From NCBI GenBank assembly GCA_023213235.1, contig CP096137.1, forward strand, positions 2,350,723 to 2,414,722: 64,000 bases of DNA, written 5' to 3'. The position numbers and the translations under genes were made by a program. This stretch comes from Elusimicrobiota bacterium (lineage in GTDB: Bacteria; Elusimicrobiota; Elusimicrobia; UBA1565; UBA9628). Shown one piece after another: positions 1 to 10,243 of the stretch (the first letter of the stretch is position 1; every line of letters begins with the position of its first letter). The notes under the pieces are model-generated. The model was not told the origin of the DNA and did no database searches. It saw only the letters and a list, made by a program, of their open reading frames with translations.

Positions 1-852
1 AGCCGTAGCGGGAGCTCGGGAATTCCGTGGGCCCGGAGCGCGTGCGGCTGTAGGACGCCGACAAGGTCGGCCAGAAGACGGCGTTGGCCGCGTCGAGCGA
101 GGCCTTCGACGAGCGCACGGACGCCTCGGCGATGGCGACGTCGGTGCGCAGGGGAAGCAGCGCGCGGAAGTCGTCCGGGCGCGGGGCGGCGGCGCCGAGG
201 CGAAGGCCCCGGTCGCGGCGAACGCCTCGAACTCCTCGCGGCCGAGCCGGCCGGCCATGTCGCGCTGGGAGGTGCGCACGTCGCGCTCGCCGGCGATCAC
301 CGCGTATTCCGCCTGCATGAGCTGGGCGCGGGCGCGCAGCATGTTGCCCTTCGACTCGCGGCCGGCGTCGTAGCGCAGGCCGACGAGCTCCGAGCCCCGG
401 CGGCGGATTTCGACGATGCGCCGCGAGGCCTCGAGCGAGACCTGGACGAACAGCAGCTCCGAGAACGACTGGCGCAGGCTCGAGCGCAGCGCGGCCGACT
501 GCGCGCGCAGGGACGCTTCCGCGGCGTTCAGCGAGGCCGAGGCGGAGCGGATCGACGCCGCCGTGCCGGCGCTGAACAAAGTCACGCCCGCCGACGCCGA
601 GGCGGAGTACGCGGGCTTGCGCGCCGTGTTCGACTCCGACACCGAGTTCGACAGCGACAGGGAGGGAAGGAACCCGTTGAAGGAGGAGTAATAGGAGGCG
701 CGGCTCGCGTCCACGCTGAGGCGGCTGGACGCCAGCGAGGGATTTCGGGAGGCCGCGCGCGCGACGGCATCGTCCCAGGTCAAGGCCGGCTCGGAAGCGC
801 GCGCGGCGGCTCCCGCGAGGAGCAGCGCGGCGGCGCTAAGGCTTCTTCGCAT
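1..852 (-). CDS. TolC-family outer membrane efflux protein, runs off the window's left edge
   Basis: Manual translation from ATG 852: MRRSLSAAALLLAG signal peptide, then LTWDDAVARAASRNPSL...FLPSLSL...LRYDAGRESKGNMLRARAQL, typical OEP motifs; 3' part looks error-prone. Confidence 0.8.
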   Translation of the reverse strand, partial: MRRSLSAAALLLAGAAARASEPALTWDDAVARAASRNPSLASSRLSVDASRASYYSSFNGFLPSLSLSNSVSESNTARKPAYSASASAGVTLFSAGTAASIRSASASLNAAEASLRAQSAALRSSLRQSFSELLFVQVSLEASRRIVEIRRRGSELVGLRYDAGRESKGNMLRARAQLMQAEYAVIAGERDVRTSQRDMAGRLGREEFEAFAATGAFASAPPPRARTTSARCFPCAPTSPSPRRPCARRRPRSTRPTPSSGRPCRRPTAARAPGPRNSRAPATA

Positions 853-1225
853 CCGGCGGCCCTTCCTCCCGCATGCGCCGGTCCCAGCGCTCGCGCAAGG
901 CGGTGAACTTCGCCTTCTGCGCGTCGTCGAGCAGGGGCTCGATCTCCTTGTCGATGCCGGCGCGCAGGAGGCGGACTCGTTCCGCTCCCTCGCGCCTCGC
1001 CGCGGCGAACTGATCTTTGCGCGAGGCCATGATCGCGCGGATCGCGGAAGTCTGGGCGTCGGTCAGCTTGAGCTCTCGGCGCAGCTTCTTGAGCGCCTTC
1101 TCGGGGTTCGGCCCTTCGCGGCGCATGCGCCGCTGGCCCGCGCGCTCGAGCCGCGAGCCGGCGAATACGCCGAGGAGCAGGCCGCCGAGCAGGGCGGGCA
1201 GGACGAGCCTCCAGCCCCGCGTCAC
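836..1225 (-). CDS. Spy/CpxP-like or heavy-metal-sensor-like membrane-anchored periplasmic protein
   Basis: N-terminal TM, then LRRELKLTDAQ and LLDDAQKAKF (LTxxQ-like motifs); follows the anti-sigma gene. Confidence 0.65.
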   Translation of the reverse strand: MTRGWRLVLPALLGGLLLGVFAGSRLERAGQRRMRREGPNPEKALKKLRRELKLTDAQTSAIRAIMASRKDQFAAARREGAERVRLLRAGIDKEIEPLLDDAQKAKFTALRERWDRRMREEGPPDAKKP

Positions 1226-1641
1226 GGCGCCACCTCGAAGACCCCTTCATACGAGGGGAGGGCGCCGCGCCCGTCGGCGACGAGCTGAGCGTCGAGCGGG
1301 AGGTCGAAGCGGTCCGCGGACGGGAGCCACACCGCGGCGACCAGGCCCGCCAGCGCGAGCGCGAAGCCGGGCGCCAGCCAGCGGCCGGCGAAGCGCTCCC
1401 ACGGGCTGACGGCGTCGGCCTCGACGCGGCCCATCACGCGGGCGACGAAGGCCTCGGTCGCGCGGGGGTCGGCGGGGGCGGCGGCCCGGAAAAGGACGGC
1501 TCCCAGGCGTCGCAGGCGCGCGGCGTCGGCTCCGCAGTCCGCGCAGGAGGCGGCATGGGCTGAGACGGCGGCGGCCTCGGCCGCGCCGAGCTCGCCGTCG
1601 ACCCATTCTCCCAGCAACGTCCTGACTTCCTCGTGTTTCAT
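1222..1641 (-). CDS. Zinc-binding anti-sigma factor (zf-HC2/ZAS)
   Basis: WVDGEL...HAASCADC (HxxxCxxC) followed by one TM helix; adjacent to an ECF sigma. Confidence 0.85.
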   Translation of the reverse strand: MKHEEVRTLLGEWVDGELGAAEAAAVSAHAASCADCGADAARLRRLGAVLFRAAAPADPRATEAFVARVMGRVEADAVSPWERFAGRWLAPGFALALAGLVAAVWLPSADRFDLPLDAQLVADGRGALPSYEGVFEVAP

Positions 1642-1653
1642 GGCTCTCCCTGA

Positions 1654-2226
1654 TTAGACGTCCCGGACGTCCGAAAAGTGTCGCGCCGCTTCCAGCAGCT
1701 CGGCGCGGGCGCGCCTCAACCGCGCCTTGACCGAATCGAGCGAGCAGGACATCGCGTCGGCGATCTCCTCGTAGCTGAGCCCCTCGGTCTCGCGCAAGGT
1801 CAGCGCGAGGCGCTGCTCGGGGTTCAGGCGCGCGAGCAGGCGTTCGGCCGTGTCTCTCGCCTCGAGCGCCTTGGCGGGGGACTCCTCCGAGAGGGCGAGC
1901 CCGAGGGCCGCCCCGTCGGCCTCGAGCAGGGCGTCGAGCGACTCGGAGCGCCGGCGCGACGCCGCGCGAAGGACGTCGAGGCAGTGGTTGACGGCGATCC
2001 GGTGCAGCCAGGTGGCGAAGGCCGACCGGCCGTCGAAGCGCCCGAGGGACCGGTGGGCCTTCAGAAAGGTCTCCTGCGCCGCGTCGTCGGCCTCGGCGGG
2101 CCCGCCGAGCGTCGCCTCGCACAGCGCGCGCACGCGCGGCGCGTGCCGCCGCACGAGTTCGGCGAAGGCGGCGTCGTCGCCGCCCGCCGCGCGACGGGCG
2201 AGATCCTCGTCCCTCGGCTCGCCCAT
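1654..2226 (-). CDS. ECF RNA polymerase sigma-70 factor
   Basis: Region 2 ADDAAQETFLKA...FATWLHRIAVN; region 4 EGLSYEEIADAM...VKARLRRAR. Confidence 0.95.
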   Translation of the reverse strand: MGEPRDEDLARRAAGGDDAAFAELVRRHAPRVRALCEATLGGPAEADDAAQETFLKAHRSLGRFDGRSAFATWLHRIAVNHCLDVLRAASRRRSESLDALLEADGAALGLALSEESPAKALEARDTAERLLARLNPEQRLALTLRETEGLSYEEIADAMSCSLDSVKARLRRARAELLEAARHFSDVRDV

Positions 2227-2227
2227 C

Positions 2228-5200
2228 CTAGCGCGCGGCGGCCCCGAACTTCTCGTCCTTGAGCCGCTCGGCCTCGCGCACGGCGCGCATGACGGCGGCC
2301 GTCGTCTCGGTCGCCCGTCCGCTCTCGACGCGGACGAGCAGGCTGTAGGCGGCGGGCACGACGAACAAGGTCAGCAAGGTCGACACCGACACGCCGCCGA
2401 TCAGCGAGAGCGCCATCGGCACCGTCGTCTCCGAGCCGGCGCCGCGCGAGAGCGCGGTCGGGACCGCGGCCGCGATCGTCGCGACCGAGGTCATCAGGAT
2501 CGGCCGCAGGCGCACCGGGCAGGCGTCGAGCAGGGCCGCGCGGGGCTCGAGGCCCTCCTCGCGCCGCTGGTTCGTGAAGTCGACGAGCATGATCGAGTTC
2601 TTTTTGACAAGGCCCATGAGGAGCAGCAGGCCGATCATCGAATTGATGTTCAGGCTGCGGTCGAACGCGAGCAAGGTCAGGAACGCGCCCGACATGCTGA
2701 ACGGGAGGGCTAAGAGGACCGTGAACGGGTGCACGAAGCTGTTGAACTGCGAGCCGAGCACCATGTAGGCCACCAGGATTCCCAGGACCAGCGCGAACAG
2801 CAGGCTCTGGAACGACTCCTTGAACGTCTGCGAAGAGCCGGAGAGGACGACGTGGTAGCCGTCGGGCAGCGTCTCCTTGGCCAGCTTCTCGACGTCGGCG
2901 AGCACCTGCGCTTGGGATTTCCCGGGCGCCACGTTGGCGAACACGCCGATCGCGCGCTCCCGGTCCTTGCGCGTGATCGCGAGCAAGGTCGGCTCCTCGT
3001 CGATGTCCACGACGTCCGACATGCGGATCATCTCGCCCCGCTGGTTGCGCACGTAGAGGCGGCGGATCGCGTCGGCCGACAGGCGGTCGCCCGTCTCGGC
3101 GCGCACGCGCACGTCGTAGCGGCGGCCGTTGTCGGTGAAGAGGCCCGAGCGCACGCCGCCGATCATCGCGTTGATGGTCGTCCCGATCGACTGGATGCTG
3201 ACGCCGCGGGCGTACGCCTTCTGCCGGTTCGGGTGGACCCGGATCTCCGGGAGGCCGGTCTTGTAGTCGGTGTCGACGTCCACGACGGAACCGGACTTCT
3301 CCAATTTCTCCTTCAGCTCGACCGCGGACTTGGTGAGGATGTCCCAGTTGGGGCCGCGGACGGTGAATTCGATCGGGAAGCCGCGCGAGGACGAGAAGCC
3401 GCCCTGCGAGAGGTCCATGATGAACGCGCGCATCGACGGGATCGCGTTGAGGTCCTTGCGCGCGGCGGCCATCATCGTGCCCTGCGTGATCTTCTTGCCG
3501 TCGGGGCCGAGCGGGCGCTCGGAAATCGGCTTCATCGTCAGGAACATCATGCCCGCGTTGACCTCGCCGCCGCCGAAGCCTCCGACGGCCGCGTAATAGC
3601 GGTCGAGAGCCGGCTGCTTCAGCAGCCACGCCTCGACCTCCTTGAACTTGGCGTCGGTGAACTCCATCGAAGAGCCGACGGGGGTCTCGAGGCGCATCAT
3701 GAACATCGACTGGTCCTGCGCGGGGACGAACTCCTTGCGGATGTACTTCACCGAGATCATCGAGAGCGCGAAGAACAGCGCGGCGGCGCCGACCGTCTTC
3801 CAGCGGCGGTCGAGCGTCCAGGCGAGGCCCCGGCGATAGCGCTCGGTCAGCGAGGCGAACGTGCGGTCGACGGCCTGGATGATCCGGTTGCCGTGCGTCG
3901 CGGTCTCGAGGAACTGCGACGTGCGCATCGGAGCGAGCGTGAGCGCCTCGAGCAGCGAGAAGCTGACGGCCGCCGAGATCGTCACGCCGAACTGGAAGAA
4001 GAACTTGCCGATGATGCCCTTCATGAACACGACGGGCAGGAAGATCGCGAGGATGGCGAGCGTGGCCGCCAGCGCGGCGAACGCGATCTCGCGCGCCCCG
4101 AACACCGACGCGTCGAGGCGGTTCTTGCCGAGCTCGTGGTGCCGCACGATGTTCTCGAGCACCATGATCGCGTCGTCGACGACGATGCCGATGGACAAGG
4201 TGAGGCCGAGCAGGGTGAACGAGTTCAGCGTGAAGCCGAGGAAGTAGGTCACGATGAACGTCCCGAGAACCGACGTCGGGATCGCGAGCAGCACGTTCAG
4301 GGTGGAGGACCACGAGCCCAGGAACAGCCAGCACACGAGCGACGTCAGCACGGCCGCGAGAATCAGATGGTGCGTCAACTCGGCGACGGACTGCTTGATG
4401 AACTGCGTGGAGTCGAAGTTGACGCCGAGCTTCATGCCCTTGGGCAGGCCGGGCTTGATCTCCTCCATGCGCTTCTTGACGCGGTCGGCGATCTCGACGG
4501 CGTTGGCGCCGCGCTGCTTGCGGATGCCGATGCCGACGGCACGTGATCCGTTTACTCGAGAAATGCGGCGCTGATCGGCGAGGCCGTCCTCGATGCGCGC
4601 GACGCGCTTGAGCGGGATCGGCACGTGGATCGCCTGGCCGCCGCGCTGGGTGATCAGCAGCTCGCCGAACTTCGCGGGATCGGAGAACTCGCCGAGCGTG
4701 CGGACGTTGAACTCTTTGGTCGGCGTCTCGATCTGGCCGGCCGGGACCTCGGCGTGCTCGCGGCGGATGGCGGCGAGGACGTCCTCGACCGTGATCTGCT
4801 CGGCCGCCATCTTCTCGGCGTCGAGCCAGACGCGCAGGTTGCGGTTGATCAGCCCGCCGAGGAAGATGTCGCCGACGCCGGGAACGGTCTGGAACTTGTT
4901 CTTGAGCACGTCCTGCGTGTACACCATCAGGTCTTTGACGGGGACGTCGTCGCCGGAAACCGCGAGCCACATGATCGGCTGGTCCTCGGGGTTGACCTTC
5001 ATGACGATGGGGGGATCGATGTCGCGCGGCAGGCGCTGCTGGGCCTGCGCGATCTTCGTCTGGATCTCCTGCAGCGCGAAGTCGACGGGCCGGTCGAGCT
5101 CGAGCTCGACGGTGATCGCGGCCTGGCCGAGCTTGGAGGAGGAGCTGATCTGCTTGACGCCTTGGACGGAGGTCACCGCGTCCTCGATGACGTCGACGAC

Positions 5201-5386
5201 CTCGGCCTCCATGATCTCCGGCGCGGCGCCGTCCCAGGTCACGGTGATGTTGACGACGGGGAAGTCGACGTCCGGCATCTGCGAAACGCCCATGCGGCTG
5301 TAGCCGACCCAGCCGAAGAGCATCAGCCCGAACATGAGCATCCAGGCGAAGACGGGGTTCTTGATGGAAAGGTCGGAAATCGTCAC
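2228..5386 (-). CDS. RND efflux permease, AcrB/AcrD/AcrF family
   Basis: GTG 5386 overlaps the TolC stop (GTGA); SIKNPVFA, GIVVDDAIMVLENI and RLRPILMTS motifs. Confidence 0.95.
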   Translation of the reverse strand: MTISDLSIKNPVFAWMLMFGLMLFGWVGYSRMGVSQMPDVDFPVVNITVTWDGAAPEIMEAEVVDVIEDAVTSVQGVKQISSSSKLGQAAITVELELDRPVDFALQEIQTKIAQAQQRLPRDIDPPIVMKVNPEDQPIMWLAVSGDDVPVKDLMVYTQDVLKNKFQTVPGVGDIFLGGLINRNLRVWLDAEKMAAEQITVEDVLAAIRREHAEVPAGQIETPTKEFNVRTLGEFSDPAKFGELLITQRGGQAIHVPIPLKRVARIEDGLADQRRISRVNGSRAVGIGIRKQRGANAVEIADRVKKRMEEIKPGLPKGMKLGVNFDSTQFIKQSVAELTHHLILAAVLTSLVCWLFLGSWSSTLNVLLAIPTSVLGTFIVTYFLGFTLNSFTLLGLTLSIGIVVDDAIMVLENIVRHHELGKNRLDASVFGAREIAFAALAATLAILAIFLPVVFMKGIIGKFFFQFGVTISAAVSFSLLEALTLAPMRTSQFLETATHGNRIIQAVDRTFASLTERYRRGLAWTLDRRWKTVGAAALFFALSMISVKYIRKEFVPAQDQSMFMMRLETPVGSSMEFTDAKFKEVEAWLLKQPALDRYYAAVGGFGGGEVNAGMMFLTMKPISERPLGPDGKKITQGTMMAAARKDLNAIPSMRAFIMDLSQGGFSSSRGFPIEFTVRGPNWDILTKSAVELKEKLEKSGSVVDVDTDYKTGLPEIRVHPNRQKAYARGVSIQSIGTTINAMIGGVRSGLFTDNGRRYDVRVRAETGDRLSADAIRRLYVRNQRGEMIRMSDVVDIDEEPTLLAITRKDRERAIGVFANVAPGKSQAQVLADVEKLAKETLPDGYHVVLSGSSQTFKESFQSLLFALVLGILVAYMVLGSQFNSFVHPFTVLLALPFSMSGAFLTLLAFDRSLNINSMIGLLLLMGLVKKNSIMLVDFTNQRREEGLEPRAALLDACPVRLRPILMTSVATIAAAVPTALSRGAGSETTVPMALSLIGGVSVSTLLTLFVVPAAYSLLVRVESGRATETTAAVMRAVREAERLKDEKFGAAAR

Positions 5387-6659
5387 AGGGAGCCTCCGGG
5401 AACGCCCGCCGCGACCTCGAGCCGCACGCGGGACCAGTACGAGTCGACGCGCGCGGCGTTGAGCGCGAGGCGCGTCTGCTGCAGGACGTTGAGGCCGCCG
5501 AGCACGTCGAGGTTCGTGACCTGCCCGAGCCGGTAGTCGTCGCTCTGGGCCTTCGCGTTCTGCTCGGCCAGCTTCTCCGCCGCGTCGAGCGCCGCGACGA
5601 CCGAGTACGAGGCCGTCAGGTCCTGGTACGCCGAGCGCGTCTCGAGCTCCGCCGTGCGCACGGCCTGCGACAGCGCGGCGTCCTGGGCCTTCGCGCGCGC
5701 CTTCGCCTGCCGCGACTGCGCGCTGATCTCGCCGCCCGCCCACAGCGGGAGGGAGCCGGTGATCGTCGCGTCCCACTTCACGTCCTGCGTGAAGGACGGC
5801 GGGCGCTTCAGGTAATAGTTCGCGTCGGCCGAGATGGAGGGCCAGCGCCGACGCGTGACGACCTTGATCGAGTCCTCGGCGGCGTTCTTCTCGGCGCGGG
5901 CCGACTCGACGTCGGCGCGGCCGCGCGCGCGCGACAGCGCCGCGTCGAGCGCGGGGGAGCCGCCGGCACGGGAACGGGGGCGGGCGCCAGGCGCTCGTCG
6001 AGGCCGGTCAGGAAGCCGAGGCGGAATTGCGCGACCTGCTCGGCCGCCCGCGCGCTCTCGAGTTGGGCGACGAGCTGGGCGGCCTGCGACTCGGCGGCGA
6101 GGTGCTCGCTCGGGCGGGCGCGTCCGAGGCGGCGGAACTCCTTGAGGTCCTTCACGCGGTCGCGGGTGATGTCGAGCAGGGCCGACCGGATGCGGATGTC
6201 CTCCTGGGCGGCCGACAGGTCCAGATAGGACCGCGCGACGTCCCTGTAGAGGAGGTGCTTGGCGCGGGCCAGGCGCAGCTCGGCGGCGCGTCCCTGGTCC
6301 TTGGACGCGCGGTAGGCGAGGAACTCGCGGAAGCCCGAGAACAGGGGCTGCTGCAGGTTCACCCAGGCCTGCTCGCGCTGGCGCTGAAGGAAGAGGCCGC
6401 TCTGGCCGCGCGGCACGTCCTGGAACGTCTCGGTGCCGAACACGGTCAGCCGCGGCATCACGCGCGAGAAGATCTCCTCGGCGCGGGCCACGGTCTCCTC
6501 GTACGTCGCGCCGGAGATCGCGATCTCCTCGCTGCGCGCCAGCGCGAGCTCGTAGGCCTCGGGCAGGGCGATCGGGCGGCCGGAGACGGGGGCCGTCGAC
6601 GCGGCCTGGGCCGCGGCGAGGGAGGGCAGCAGCAGGAGCGCGGCGAGGAACGCCCTCAC
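5383..6659 (-). CDS. TolC-family outer membrane efflux protein (frameshift ~5950-5985, likely sequencing error)
   Basis: Signal peptide and OEP repeats split across track ORFs 5808..6767 and 5383..5781; GTGA overlaps at both ends. Confidence 0.85.
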
Positions 6660-7261
6660 AGGGCGACTCCGCTGCCCTCGAGGAAGAAGGTGACGATCTT
6701 CTCCGCTTCCTTCTCGAGCGGCCGGTCGTGCTTCTCGAAGAGCTTGCGCATCGTCGCCGTGCGGCACAGCACGAAGAACGCGCCCGTCGCGAAGTCGAGG
6801 TCGGCGGACTTGCCGCCGTCCTTCGCGGCGAGGACGAGGATCGCGCGCATGCGCGCGTGGTTGGCCTTGAACTTGTCCATGAGCTTGTCGCAGGACTTGT
6901 CGCCGCAGCCCGGGAAGCGGCCCGTCGCGACCTGGGCCATGAAGTCGCGGTTGTGGTCGAAATGGTTCAGGACGACCTTCGCGGTCGCGAGAAGGAGGTC
7001 CTTGCCCGCGAGGCCGGTTTTGGGGAGGGTCTCGAGCTCGAGTCCCAGGCCGTCGACGAGGTCGGCGAACACCGCGGTGAAGAGCTCGTCCTTGCTCTTG
7101 TAGTGGAGAAACAGCGTGCCCTTCGCGACGCCCGCGTCGCGCGCGATGTCGTCGAGGACGAGGTCCTGGAACCCGCGCTTGACGAGGAGGCGGCGCGCCG
7201 AGGCGAGGATCAGGCGCTTCTTGGAATCGGGATCGCGGACGACGGTTTTCACGGTGGGCAT
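6656..7261 (-). CDS. TetR/AcrR family transcriptional regulator
   Basis: RLILASARRLLVKRGF...DDIARDAGVAKGTLFLHYKSKDEL HTH; ATG at 7261. Confidence 0.95.
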   Translation of the reverse strand: MPTVKTVVRDPDSKKRLILASARRLLVKRGFQDLVLDDIARDAGVAKGTLFLHYKSKDELFTAVFADLVDGLGLELETLPKTGLAGKDLLLATAKVVLNHFDHNRDFMAQVATGRFPGCGDKSCDKLMDKFKANHARMRAILVLAAKDGGKSADLDFATGAFFVLCRTATMRKLFEKHDRPLEKEAEKIVTFFLEGSGVAL

Positions 7262-7270
7262 ATGAATTCC

Positions 7271-7298
7271 TATAATGACTGACTGGTTAGTCATTATA
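7271..7298. promoter_or_regulatory. Probable TetR operator (inverted repeat)
   Basis: TATAATGACT-gactggtt-AGTCATTATA with perfect 10-bp arms, directly upstream of tetR and overlapping its -10. Confidence 0.8.
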
Positions 7299-7324
7299 TT
7301 ACCACCGGCTCGGCGATCTGTCAA
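7296..7324 (-). promoter_or_regulatory. Sigma-70 promoter of the tetR-tolC-RND operon
   Basis: Minus strand TTGACA (7324-7319), 17 nt spacer, TAATAT (7301-7296). Confidence 0.7.
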
Positions 7325-7370
7325 GCGGCGTCAATACGCTATGACCCGGAGGTCATGATAAAATCACCCC

Positions 7371-8075
7371 ATGAAAACCCTCGCGCCGCTCTGCCTCCTC
7401 GTCCTCGCCGTCCCGGCCGCCGCCAAGCCGTGGAAGAACGCCCTCGAACTGTCGTTCGTCTCCGCGAACGGAAACTCGAAGACGCAGACGACCTCGGCCA
7501 AGGACTCGTTCTCGTACGACTTCGACGCGCTGACCAGGCTCGAGCTCGAGGGCGGCGGACTCGGAGCGCGCAGCGACGGCCGCGTCACGGCCGAGCAGTA
7601 TTTCGCGCAGGAGAAGCTCTCGCGCAAGGTCACGGACCGGAACTACGTCTTCGAGAAGTACCGCTGGGACCGGAACCTGTTCGCCGGCATCCTGCACCGC
7701 CACGACTTCTCCGTCGGCTTCGGCCGCGAGCTGTGGAAGACCCCGAAGGACCTGCTCATCGGGGAGCTGGCTCCCGGCTACCTCAACGAGGAGCGCCTCG
7801 GCGACAAGCGCCTGAGCTTCGCGTCGGCCCGCGCGTACGCGAAGTACGAGCGGTCGCTCAGCGAGACGGCCAAGTTCTCGCAGGACGCCGAGTACGTGCT
7901 GAGCCTGGCCGACGCGCGCGACGCGCGCATGAACACCGAGACCGCCCTCGTCGCCGCGCTGACGACCTCGCTGTCGGTCAAGAACTCCTTCGTCTGGCGG
8001 CACATGTCGCGCCCGCCGGCCGGCAAGCGCAAGGACGACACGATCCTGTCGGTCGCGCTGATCGCCTCCTTCTAA
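7371..8075 (+). CDS. DUF481/YdiY-like outer membrane beta-barrel
   Basis: Signal peptide; SANGNSKT, alternating beta strands, C-terminal Phe (KKDDT-like end ...ALIASF). Confidence 0.8.
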   Translation: MKTLAPLCLLVLAVPAAAKPWKNALELSFVSANGNSKTQTTSAKDSFSYDFDALTRLELEGGGLGARSDGRVTAEQYFAQEKLSRKVTDRNYVFEKYRWDRNLFAGILHRHDFSVGFGRELWKTPKDLLIGELAPGYLNEERLGDKRLSFASARAYAKYERSLSETAKFSQDAEYVLSLADARDARMNTETALVAALTTSLSVKNSFVWRHMSRPPAGKRKDDTILSVALIASF

Positions 8076-8081
8076 AGGAAG

Positions 8082-8444
8082 CTAGAGCCCCGCGCGCAGC
8101 AGCGCGAGGGCGAGCAGGGCCGGAACGCCCTGCAAGAGGAAGATCGTCCCGCGCGCCGTGAGGCCGCCGGCGGCGCCGGCGACGGCGACGCAGCCGAGGA
8201 AGAACGTCTTGAGCTGGGGCGCGAGAGCCGGGTCCGCCGTGAGCGCCCAGCCGAGCCCGGCGGCGAGGAACAGGTTGTAGACGCCCTGATTCTTCGCGAA
8301 CACGGCCGCCGCTCCCGCCTGCTCCGCCGCGGTCAGACCGAAGACGCGGCGGCCGAGCGGCGTCTCGAACAGCAACGTCTCGAGCGCGAAGAAGGCCGCG
8401 TGCTGGGCGGCGACGAACCCGATCAGGGCGGAGGAAGCCGTCAC
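8082..8444 (-). CDS. DUF1304 family membrane protein
   Basis: VAAQHAAFFALE...AKNQGVYNLFLAAGL...LQGVPA motifs. Confidence 0.85.
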   Translation of the reverse strand: MTASSALIGFVAAQHAAFFALETLLFETPLGRRVFGLTAAEQAGAAAVFAKNQGVYNLFLAAGLGWALTADPALAPQLKTFFLGCVAVAGAAGGLTARGTIFLLQGVPALLALALLRAGL

Positions 8445-8458
8445 GCCCGGATTCTATC

Positions 8459-8980
8459 CTATTGAGGCTTCGGCGTCAGCGAGAGCGCGTGAGCCCGGAC
8501 GAAGCGCACCGACACGAGATCTCCCTCGCGCGTCCCGTCGAACCCCGGGACGGACGGCTCGACACCGAGCCTGAGCGGGGCGCCGCCGTCGGGGAGGAGG
8601 ACGAGCTCGCGCCTCGCGCGGTCCACGGACACGACGCGTCCGGAGGCCGCGACGGTGCTCGGAGTCGACGCGTCGGCCGCCGCGAGCGCGCGCTCCTCGG
8701 CCGCGGACGGCGCCCCGGGGCGCGAAATCGAAGACGCGGAGGCCGGCACGTACTGGACCTCGACGACGGACCCCGGCGCCAGGCGCGACACGTCGAAGAC
8801 CTCCTCGGGCACGAGGATCTCGACGCCGCGGCCGGAGCGGTCGCGAAGCGTCACGACGCGGGTCGTCCGGTCGACGGCGCCCACCTCGCCGCGCGCGGAG
8901 ACGATTTCGGTCGGATAGAGCGGAGGAAGAGCCGCGGCCGGGCCGCAGGCCAGCAGGACGGCGATCAAGAAGCGTTTCAT
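8459..8980 (-). CDS. Exported hypothetical protein with two similar beta-rich repeats
   Basis: AAGGAGG RBS; signal peptide; repeats VGAVDRTTRVVTL..LAPGSVVEV and VVSVDRARRELVL..TREGDLVSV. Confidence 0.7.
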   Translation of the reverse strand: MKRFLIAVLLACGPAAALPPLYPTEIVSARGEVGAVDRTTRVVTLRDRSGRGVEILVPEEVFDVSRLAPGSVVEVQYVPASASSISRPGAPSAAEERALAAADASTPSTVAASGRVVSVDRARRELVLLPDGGAPLRLGVEPSVPGFDGTREGDLVSVRFVRAHALSLTPKPQ

Positions 8981-9053
8981 GGGGGAGTCCTCCTTCGCCC
9001 AGTGTACGGCCGCCGCGCGCGGGGCGCGATGGCGGCCGGGCAACGCTTTCGTG

Positions 9054-10103
9054 CTAGGCCGGCGTCTTGAGCCGCGCGACTTCGGCCTCGAGCTCGCGGA
9101 ACTTCACGAGGAGCTCGGGCAGCTTCGCGAGCGAGGCGTTCATCTTGTGCATCTCGCGCGCGGGACGAGCCGGGGAGCCGAAGTAGGCCGTCTTGGCCTC
9201 GGTGTCCTGCGCGATCGCCGAGAAGCCCATGACGACGGTGCCCGCCTTGAGCAAAGTCTGCGGCTTGATGATGCACATGCCGGAGATCATGACCCCGTCC
9301 TCGGCCGTGACCGAACCGCCGAGCGCGGAGTTGCCCACGATGTAGATGTAGCGGCCGATGCGGCAGTTGTGGCCGACGTGCACCTGGTCGTCGAACTTCG
9401 TGTGGTCGCCGATCGTCGTGCTCTCGATCGTCGCGCGGTCGACCGTGCAGGAGGCGCCGATCTCGACGTGGTCGCCGATCACGACGTTGCCGATCTGCGG
9501 GACCTTGTGGCGGCCCGTCGGGCCGTCGTAAAAGCCGAAGCCGTCGGCGCCGATAACGGTGCAGCCGTGGATCACGCACTCCCGGCCGATCACGCAGCGA
9601 TGGCCGAGGACCGAGTTCGGGCCGAGGGCGCTGCCCTCGCCGAGGACCGCGAACTGCTCGACGACCGCGCCCGCGTGCACGACGGCGCGCTCGCCGATCA
9701 CGGCGCCTTCGAGGATCACGGCGCCCGGCAGGATCGAGGCGGAGGCCGCGACCTTGGCCGTCGGATGAACGAACGCCGCCGGCGAGACGCCGGGGGCGGG
9801 GCGCGGCGCCGTGTCGAAGCGCTTGAGGAGCGCGATGAGCGCCGGGCGCGCGGCCGCGTCGGGGGCGACGATCGCGTTGGCGAACTTCGGCGCCAACGAG
9901 GCGATCGTCAGCACGGGCGCGCCCTCGACGAGGCGGGGGCGGCGCTTCAGGAAGGCGGGGGTCTCGACGAAGTAGATCCGGCCCTTGTCGGGCGCGTCGC
10001 CCTCTGCGAGAGCCTCGGCGTCCGCCGGCCCGGAGATCGGCAGGGCGGGGTCGCCGGTGAAGGGCAGGCCGAGCGTCGCGGCGAGGTCTTTGAGGGTGAT
10101 CAT
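9054..10103 (-). CDS. lpxD: UDP-3-O-(3-hydroxyacyl)glucosamine N-acyltransferase
   Basis: Hexapeptide repeats, IGADGFGF, KVPQIGNVVIGDHVEIGA, TKFDDQVHVGHN; ATG at 10103. Confidence 0.95.
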   Translation of the reverse strand: MITLKDLAATLGLPFTGDPALPISGPADAEALAEGDAPDKGRIYFVETPAFLKRRPRLVEGAPVLTIASLAPKFANAIVAPDAAARPALIALLKRFDTAPRPAPGVSPAAFVHPTAKVAASASILPGAVILEGAVIGERAVVHAGAVVEQFAVLGEGSALGPNSVLGHRCVIGRECVIHGCTVIGADGFGFYDGPTGRHKVPQIGNVVIGDHVEIGASCTVDRATIESTTIGDHTKFDDQVHVGHNCRIGRYIYIVGNSALGGSVTAEDGVMISGMCIIKPQTLLKAGTVVMGFSAIAQDTEAKTAYFGSPARPAREMHKMNASLAKLPELLVKFRELEAEVARLKTPA

Positions 10104-10243
10104 GCCTTTCGCCTCTCTTCCATGCTCTTGTGGTGGGCGCACAGCCGGCGCTTGCCGGATTTCTTCAGGCCGCTCTTCTTCAGGCATCGGTGAGCCTCGG
10201 TGTACGTCGAGGCGGGGGTGACGGCGTCGCACTGCTTCTTCAA
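10100..10243 (-). CDS. 47-aa basic Cys/His protein (putative CCCH zinc finger) coupled to lpxD
   Basis: TGcTATCCT-6 nt-TTG start; MKKQCDA...HRCLKK...RRLCAHHK; stop overlaps lpxD start (ATGA). Confidence 0.6.
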   Translation of the reverse strand: MKKQCDAVTPASTYTEAHRCLKKSGLKKSGKRRLCAHHKSMEERRKA

